Virus record (IMG/VR): IMGVR_UViG_3300017722_001395
Span: 1-31,619 of that record
DNA: 31,619 nt
Direction: 5' to 3' (one strand)
Source: a virus
Taxonomy: Duplodnaviria > Caudoviricetes
Each line of letters starts with the position of its first letter. Position 1 is the first letter of the stretch. This document shows positions 26,162 through 31,619 of this stretch, piece after piece. Under the pieces are notes generated by a model. That model was not told where the DNA came from. It saw nothing but the letters and a program-made list of their open reading frames with translations, and did not search any database. The position numbers and the translations under genes are program-made.

Positions 26162-26382
26162 AGGCCGGGCCGACGTTTCAGGCTTGGCTAGTCCGGCGCA
26201 TCGAGGAAGGGGCGGACCTGGACCGCGTTCGGCGCCAGATCGAACGCTGGCGGGAAAGCCCGCCGCCAGACACAAACGCGGCCCTGTTCGAAGCGATGCT
26301 GGCGGAACTGGACAAGGCGTCGGGGTCAAAAGCCCCGGCGCCGAAGAGCAGCCCGCCGACCGAGGCCGGGGCCTTTGACTGA
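26158..26382 (+). CDS. Hypothetical protein
   Basis: 74 aa; GTGA overlap. Confidence 0.6.
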   Translation: MKAGPTFQAWLVRRIEEGADLDRVRRQIERWRESPPPDTNAALFEAMLAELDKASGSKAPAPKSSPPTEAGAFD

Positions 26383-26890
26383 CCCAGTTGTTCTCGGGTT
26401 CGACAACGCTTCGCGGGTCGGATGGTGTGCGGGTGACGCCTCGCGCCTTCCGGCCTTCGGGTCGTTCCAACTTCCGGTGACGGGGAAGGACGTCGGAACC
26501 TATTTGCTAGAGGCGCGGGCGTTTTATCGCATCCTGCTAGATCGGTTCAGGCCGGGCGTGGTCGTTTACGAAGCGCCGGTTAGGGTCGAAAACGCCGCCC
26601 TTCAGGTGAAGCTTCACGGCCTACCCGGCATCCTCGAAATGGAATGCGTCGAACGCGGAATCCGGGTCGCGATGGCCTATCCGGCAACGCTTAAGAAGGC
26701 CCTGGCCGGTCACGGTCAGGCGAAAAAACCGGCAATGATAGTCGCCGCCCGGCGTCTGGGCGTTGACGTTCAGAACCATGACGAAGCCGACGCGGTCGCC
26801 GCTTGGCTGGTCGGTGTCGAACATTATTCCCCGCGCTGGCCCGACTGGTCGGCGCGAATCAAGAGGGCTGAAGATGGATTCTTTCCGTGA
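26375..26890 (+). CDS. ruvC: RuvC-like Holliday junction resolvase
   Basis: VLGFD----GW, VVYEAP, P-TLKKALAG-G-AKK--M, HDEADAVA. Confidence 0.85.
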   Translation: MTDPVVLGFDNASRVGWCAGDASRLPAFGSFQLPVTGKDVGTYLLEARAFYRILLDRFRPGVVVYEAPVRVENAALQVKLHGLPGILEMECVERGIRVAMAYPATLKKALAGHGQAKKPAMIVAARRLGVDVQNHDEADAVAAWLVGVEHYSPRWPDWSARIKRAEDGFFP

Positions 26891-27470
26891 TTTTCCGACC
26901 GGGCCGTTCGGCGCGATTCTTTGCGACCCGCCGTGGGGCTTCAGGACATACGCCGGAACGGACGAAGTCCCGACGACCGCGGTCGACCCTTATCCGACGA
27001 TGAGTCTCGACGACATGAAGGCGATTCCGGTTGGGGCAAGCGCCGCCCCTGACTGCCTTTTGGTTATGTGGGTCATATCGAGTCACATACCCCAGGCCAT
27101 CGCCCTAGCCGAAGCCTGGGGTTTTACGTTTCGCAGCCTTGGGCCGGTCTGGATCAAAGCGTCGGCCCCTTATCAGTTAGAATTCTTCGGTGACGCGCCA
27201 GTTAGCGACTTGGGCATGGGTTATTGGTTCCGCCAGCAATCCGAAATCGCGCTGGTTTTCGGTCGAGGGTCGCCAAAGCGGCAAAGCGCGGGCGTTCGGC
27301 AAGTGGTCTGGGAGGCAAAGCGGGAGCATAGCCGCAAGCCCGACTGCGTTCACGACCGGGTCGAAGCCCTAGTCGGCGGCCCTTATCTGGAAATGTTCGG
27401 ACGCGCGCCCCGGCCCGGCTGGACCGTCTGGGGGAACGACGTTGACAAGTTCGCGGGGCCGTCGTCGTGA
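26874..27470 (+). CDS. MT-A70-family amino-methyltransferase
   Basis: ILCDPPW, YPTM, L-MW, AWGF, W-K, GMGYW-R--SE, EHSRKPD, YLEMF-R--RPGW--WGN. Confidence 0.93.
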   Translation: MDSFRDFPTGPFGAILCDPPWGFRTYAGTDEVPTTAVDPYPTMSLDDMKAIPVGASAAPDCLLVMWVISSHIPQAIALAEAWGFTFRSLGPVWIKASAPYQLEFFGDAPVSDLGMGYWFRQQSEIALVFGRGSPKRQSAGVRQVVWEAKREHSRKPDCVHDRVEALVGGPYLEMFGRAPRPGWTVWGNDVDKFAGPSS

Positions 27471-28927
27471 CCGCCCTGAAGAATCTCGACGCCGAACTGG
27501 GCGTCATCGGGTCGGTGATTTACGACCCCGAGACGCTGACCCGGTTCCCCGACCTGTCGCCCGACGACTTCGCCGAACCGCTTCACGCGCGAATCTTCGC
27601 CGCGGTTCTGGACAAGGTTCGGGCTGGGGAAATCCCCGAGGCAAGCGGCCTGTCGACCAGGTTCGCCGCCGACCCGGCCTTCTCCCCAGATTACCCGATG
27701 GCGGACCCTGTCGACGTCCCCGGCTTTTTCCGCGCCCTGATGGTGAACGCGCCCCCGCCGCGCGTCGCCGAAGCTATGGCCGGGAACGTCATCGAGGCCG
27801 CCCAGCGCCGCGCTCTGATAGAACTGGCGGGCGTCATTCGGGACGGCGCCGCGAACGGGGAAATCAGCGCCTTCGACACCCTGTCGACCGCTGAACGAAG
27901 CCTGTCGTCGATGGTTCAGTCCGCGGCCCCGGCCTCGACGACCCTTATCAGCGCGCGGGACGCAGCGACGGCGACCATCGAGCGGCTGGTCGAAGAGAAG
28001 CGGACGGGAAAGACGAAGGGCGCCATGACTGGGCTTCGCTGCTTCGACCGGCGCCTTCGCGGGATTCAGCCCTCGCGCCTTCACATCATCGGGGGACGGC
28101 CTTCGATGGGGAAGACCGCCCTCGCCCGCGCCGCGGCCCTTGGATGCGCCCAGCGGAACCCCGAAAAGCGGGTCGTCTATTTCTGTCTAGAAATGGACCG
28201 GGACGAAATGAGCCTTCGGAACCTGTCGGCCCTGACCCGCGCCAAGGGCCGGGCGATTGCCTATTTCGACATGGAGGGCGAAAGCCTGACCGACGACCAG
28301 GTCCGCCAGATCGAAGACGCGAGCGCGCTAATTCCGCCGAATTTCATCCTGGACGACTCCTCGACCCTGTCTATCGAACACGTTGAGCGCCGATGCTTCA
28401 GCCTGGCCAAGCGCGGCCCGCTGGCCCTTATCGTGGTCGATTACCTTCAGATCATGGCCATCGCCCGCGCCCAGGGCGTCAACCGGACCGAGGCGGTCGG
28501 CGAGATAACAGGGCGCCTTAAGCGGCTGGCCAAGGCCCTGAACTGTGGCGTCATCGCCCTTTCGCAACTGTCGCGGAACGTCGAAGACCGGGACTCTAAG
28601 CGCCCCATGCTTTCCGACCTTCGCGACTCCGGGTCAATCGAACAGGACGCCAACGTCGTGATGTTCCCATTTCGCGAAGCCTATTATCTGGAACGGTCAG
28701 ACCCGCCGAAGGGCGTCGACAAACAGGTCTGGGAAGCGAGAATCGCCCTGCTGCGAAACAAGATGGAAGTGATAACGGCGAAGTTCCGCGGCGGCGCCAT
28801 CGGGTCGGACCTTCAACGCTACATTCCCCAGTTCGATTACATCACCGACGACGACGGCGGGACCGACGAACTTCCGCCCCAGGCCGCGACCGATTGGCTG
28901 AACCCAGACGCTAACCCGTTCGGTTGA
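27467..28927 (+). CDS. dnaB: DnaB-like replicative helicase
   Basis: AE--VIG, Walker A GGRPSMGKT, LEM, IVVDYLQ, ALSQLSR-VE-R--KRP-LSDLRDSGSIEQDA, AK-R-G. Confidence 0.97.
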   Translation: MTALKNLDAELGVIGSVIYDPETLTRFPDLSPDDFAEPLHARIFAAVLDKVRAGEIPEASGLSTRFAADPAFSPDYPMADPVDVPGFFRALMVNAPPPRVAEAMAGNVIEAAQRRALIELAGVIRDGAANGEISAFDTLSTAERSLSSMVQSAAPASTTLISARDAATATIERLVEEKRTGKTKGAMTGLRCFDRRLRGIQPSRLHIIGGRPSMGKTALARAAALGCAQRNPEKRVVYFCLEMDRDEMSLRNLSALTRAKGRAIAYFDMEGESLTDDQVRQIEDASALIPPNFILDDSSTLSIEHVERRCFSLAKRGPLALIVVDYLQIMAIARAQGVNRTEAVGEITGRLKRLAKALNCGVIALSQLSRNVEDRDSKRPMLSDLRDSGSIEQDANVVMFPFREAYYLERSDPPKGVDKQVWEARIALLRNKMEVITAKFRGGAIGSDLQRYIPQFDYITDDDGGTDELPPQAATDWLNPDANPFG

Positions 28928-29016
28928 CGGTCGTCAGGGTTCGGCGCAAATAAGGAGGGGGAGCGGCCCTGACCGGCTCGCCCCCCCATTAAACACCGGA
29001 CAGTGGAGGTCCAGAC

Positions 29017-29061
29017 GTGTCTGACACACAAAATAGCCTTGCGCGTGGTCGGTTGCAATGA
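29017..29061 (+). CDS. Putative 14-codon leader peptide coupled to the initiator
   Basis: GGAGG 29005-29009, GTG 29017, MSDTQNSLARGRLQ, TGA overlapping the initiator ATG (ATGA). Confidence 0.5.
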   Translation: MSDTQNSLARGRLQ

Positions 29062-29900
29062 GCATCGCCCTAATGACGCTGGTCTGGGGAATGGACATCG
29101 CCCCGACTGATAAAATGGTTCTGCTGGCCCTGGCCGATGCGGCTAACGACGAAGGCGTGACATGGATGGCGCTTCGGTCGAAGCGTGAAGACAAAATGGA
29201 CCTCTTGAAGAAATGTTCGCTAAGTCAGCGGGCGATTCAGATGTCCATTCGCCGACTTGAGTCCGCGGGCTTTCTGGGCCGGTGCGAAAAGCCGGGGAAG
29301 GGCGTTATCTACACCGTGTTTCCTGGGATGCACCAAATGCGCCCGGAGGGGGGTGCACCAGATGCTAGGGGGGGTGCACGTCGTGCTAGCGGGGGTGCAC
29401 CAGATGCACCCAAACCTTCAATTAACCCTCAACTAACCCTCATTCATTCCGGCGAAGCGCCGGGCGAAAAGCCTTCGCGAAGGAAGCCTTCGAAACCGAT
29501 TCCCGAATCCTTCCCCGATAAACCTTGTCTGACATGGGCAAGGGAAGAGGCGGCGAAGACTGATCGAAACCTATCAGTCGACCGCGAGGCCGAACGGTTC
29601 AGAAACCACGCGCAACAGCACGACCGGCGATGCGCCGACTGGGCGGCGGCGTGGCGTAACTGGGTCGACAAGGCCATCGAGCGCGCCCCCAGCCTTGGGA
29701 TAGCGTTCAGCCCGACCCCAGCCTCAGACAACGTCGACCCGTGGCCAGCGCGGATTCGCGAATGGCAACGGTCGGGCGATTGGAAGTCGGGCGACTGGGG
29801 GCCGCCGCCTGATAGCCCGAAAACTGAAGTCCCGGCCCGATGCCTTGCCGAAGTTCGCGCCCTGAGTGCGTCGGCGGAAATGAACCGGGGCGGCGTATGA
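29058..29900 (+). CDS. Replication initiator (lambda O-like, N-terminal HTH)
   Basis: MS---M--VW, KMVLLALAD-ANDEG--W, LS-RAIQ--I-RLE--G-L; internal iterons; C-terminal F-NH------DW-AAWRNW. Confidence 0.88.
   Translation: MSIALMTLVWGMDIAPTDKMVLLALADAANDEGVTWMALRSKREDKMDLLKKCSLSQRAIQMSIRRLESAGFLGRCEKPGKGVIYTVFPGMHQMRPEGGAPDARGGARRASGGAPDAPKPSINPQLTLIHSGEAPGEKPSRRKPSKPIPESFPDKPCLTWAREEAAKTDRNLSVDREAERFRNHAQQHDRRCADWAAAWRNWVDKAIERAPSLGIAFSPTPASDNVDPWPARIREWQRSGDWKSGDWGPPPDSPKTEVPARCLAEVRALSASAEMNRGGV
29325..29450 (+). repeat. Iterons / probable replication origin
   Basis: Three 21-bp units GGGGGGTGCACCAGATGCTAG-like (29348, 29369, 29390), a degenerate fourth copy at 29325, then a G-free, AT-richer tract with TAACCCTCA twice. 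Confidence 0.85.
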
Positions 29901-30775
29901 CTGCGGACTCATTTATCATTGATGGCCCGACCCTTTGGTCGTTCAGCGGCGGTCGCACTTCGGCTTATATGCTTTGGCGGGCGCTTGAGGCGTATGGCGG
30001 CACCCTCCCAGCCGACCACGTCGTCGCCTTCGCGAACACCGGCAAAGAGCGCGAAGAGACGCTTCGCTTCGTCTATGAATGCGGGTCGCGCTGGGGTGTG
30101 AACGTCCGCTGGGTGGAGTGGCGCCACGACGGGACGCAAAAAGGGACATGGGAGGAAGTCGGCTTCAACAGCGCCAGTCGGTCAGGTGAACCATTCGACG
30201 CCTTGATCGACCATAAGCAACGCCTTCCGAACGGTCGTGAACGGTGGTGCACGCAATATCTTAAGGTCTTCCCGATTCACAATCTGGCCCGAAGCTTGGG
30301 GATGGGTGAGCCGGGCGAATACGCCGAGCCGATCGGCATCCGCGCCGACGAAATCGACCGCGTCGGCGATGGGAAATCCGCCAGCGAGAAGGACAAGCGC
30401 GATCGGCGCTATCCGCTGGCGAAGGTCGGAGTCACGAACCGCGACGTCCTGGCCTTCTGGTTTGGCCCTGACCGGCGCTTCGAAACGTCGGAGATGCCCC
30501 AGGGCTTCGACCTGGGCCTGTCCGCGCTTTGGGGGAACTGTAACCTGTGTTTTCAGGCGCGGCGGGCGAAACGCATCGAGCAAATCAGGCAAGCCCCGGA
30601 AATTGCGAAATGGTGGGACGCCGCCGAACAGCGGACGGGCGGGCGCTTTAGTGAGCGGGACTCAATCGCGGCCTTGGCGCGAGAGGCCAGATTCCAGACG
30701 TCGAACCTAGACCTGTTCGACGAAATCGAGGCTGACGGCGAATGCGGGGTTTCGTGTCCCGCCGAAGCTGCCTGA
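29897..30775 (+). CDS. PAPS-reductase-like PP-loop protein
   Basis: SFSGGRTS, FANTGKE, R-CT--LK, IGIRADE, YPL, GNCNLCF, terminal ECGVSC. Confidence 0.88.
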   Translation: MTADSFIIDGPTLWSFSGGRTSAYMLWRALEAYGGTLPADHVVAFANTGKEREETLRFVYECGSRWGVNVRWVEWRHDGTQKGTWEEVGFNSASRSGEPFDALIDHKQRLPNGRERWCTQYLKVFPIHNLARSLGMGEPGEYAEPIGIRADEIDRVGDGKSASEKDKRDRRYPLAKVGVTNRDVLAFWFGPDRRFETSEMPQGFDLGLSALWGNCNLCFQARRAKRIEQIRQAPEIAKWWDAAEQRTGGRFSERDSIAALAREARFQTSNLDLFDEIEADGECGVSCPAEAA

Positions 30776-30783
30776 AAACGGTG

Positions 30784-30813
30784 TTTACATTCCGGCCTCA
30801 AACTGTATGACAT
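30784..30813 (+). promoter_or_regulatory. Promoter with TGTATGACA motif
   Basis: TTTACA (30784-30789), 16 nt, TATGAC; AAACTGTATGACA is identical to the copies at 9327-9339 and 25397-25409. Confidence 0.65.
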
Positions 30814-30820
30814 AAGCCCC

Positions 30821-31039
30821 ATGACAAAAGCCCCGAAGACCCCCGCCGTATTTGAACCCCCGATTTCGGTTCGCCCGAACAAGGGAAGCGCCCTGGCCCG
30901 TGTCGCCGCTGGCGCCAGGACCGGCCCGCGGGGTTCCCTGTCGGACCTGTTGCACGGCTGGGCCGACCGGCACGAACGGGAATCCGGCGAGGCATCGCGG
31001 GCCATCACCCCGCCGCCTGAAGTGTCCGCGTTCGACTGA
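30821..31039 (+). CDS. Small possible ribbon-helix-helix regulator
   Basis: PISVR strand, Ala-rich helix, G-SLSDLL--W helix; directly downstream of an operator-like copy. Confidence 0.45.
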   Translation: MTKAPKTPAVFEPPISVRPNKGSALARVAAGARTGPRGSLSDLLHGWADRHERESGEASRAITPPPEVSAFD

Positions 31040-31050
31040 CGGGACGACCG

Positions 31051-31353
31051 ATGGCCGGAGTCCGCAACCCGCATACCGAAGACTGGACCCCGGCGCGGGT
31101 GTCGAAGCTAATCGACCTGAAGAAGAAGGGCCGGTCAGCGACCCAGATTTCGAAGGCGCTAGGCGGAACGACGCGGTCGGCGGTCATTAGCAAGATGCGG
31201 CTGCTAGGGTTCAAGGCTGGCCCGGCGACTGGCGGGGACATGATGGGCAACAGCGCGAACCCCGGCGTGAAGACAAAGGCCCTAGCCTTCGACGTGTCGC
31301 CCGCTGAACTGCTGCGACCGCGGCGGTTCACATGGGAAGACGCCAGCCCGTGA
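31051..31353 (+). CDS. gcrA: GcrA-like protein, N-terminal HTH domain only
   Basis: WTPARVSKLIDL-KKG-SA-QISKALGGTTRSAVISK---LG matches the GcrA N-terminus; no Cys/His C-terminal domain. Confidence 0.82.
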   Translation: MAGVRNPHTEDWTPARVSKLIDLKKKGRSATQISKALGGTTRSAVISKMRLLGFKAGPATGGDMMGNSANPGVKTKALAFDVSPAELLRPRRFTWEDASP

Positions 31354-31619
31354 CCGACCGGGCCGACGCTCGCCGCCGCTATGACGCCAAGCGCCGCCAG
31401 ACCCGGCCATCGGTGGCGTGGTATAAGTCCCCGGCTTGGAAGATCAGGAAGCGCGACCAGAGGGCCAAGCAGCCCCTTTGCGAATTGTGTCTGGCGGACG
31501 GCCTGACTCGGCTGATGTCCATCGTCGACCATCATCCCCCGCATCGGGACGATTACGCCCAGTTTTTCACCGGCCCCGTCCGGTCGCTATGCAAGCCGCA
31601 CCACGACTCCGTAGCCCAG
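31350..31619 (+). CDS. Terminase-associated HNH endonuclease (HK97 gp74-like), 3'-truncated
   Basis: Translated by hand: WYKSPAW...QPLCELC...IVDHHPPHRDD..FF....SLCKPHHDS; GTGA overlap. Confidence 0.9.
   Translation, partial: MTDRADARRRYDAKRRQTRPSVAWYKSPAWKIRKRDQRAKQPLCELCLADGLTRLMSIVDHHPPHRDDYAQFFTGPVRSLCKPHHDSVAQ

Noticed and set aside
29325-29410. CRISPR mini-array
   Set aside because: Repeats are contiguous with no spacers, in frame within the initiator gene; they are iterons.
1-31619. Gene transfer agent, tRNA genes or att sites
   Set aside because: Tail genes are GTA-like but the element has its own replication, recombination and lysis genes; intergenic gaps show no cloverleaf or att-like repeat that I could recognise.

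Overview
The window is most of a small, GC-rich siphovirus genome, probably infecting an Alphaproteobacterium (Caulobacteraceae-like host inferred from GcrA-like and GapR-like genes and a GTA-type tail). It opens inside the large terminase and ends inside the terminase-associated HNH gene, so possibly only terS and the 5' part of terL are missing. Order: terL, HK97 portal, S49 protease, HK97 capsid, neck genes interleaved with sugar-modifying enzymes and an HNH-AP2 gene, tail genes (with a moron-like insert and a G GGA AAG chaperone frameshift), tail fibre, lysis cassette, a leftward RecE/RecT operon, a divergent control region, and a rightward operon (GapR/RMF-like protein, RuvC-like, MT-A70, DnaB, initiator with iterons, PAPS-reductase-like, RHH-like, GcrA-like, HNH). 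I recognise no integrase, ParA or CI. The most interesting candidate system is a virion glycosylation/O-methylation cassette in the head-neck module: a Maf/CstII-like transferase overlapping a small virion-type protein in the -1 frame (possible frameshift fusion), plus a GT9-methyltransferase fusion. A TGTCATACA motif overlaps the predicted -10 box of five promoters. All family calls come from motif recognition by eye; no searches were run.
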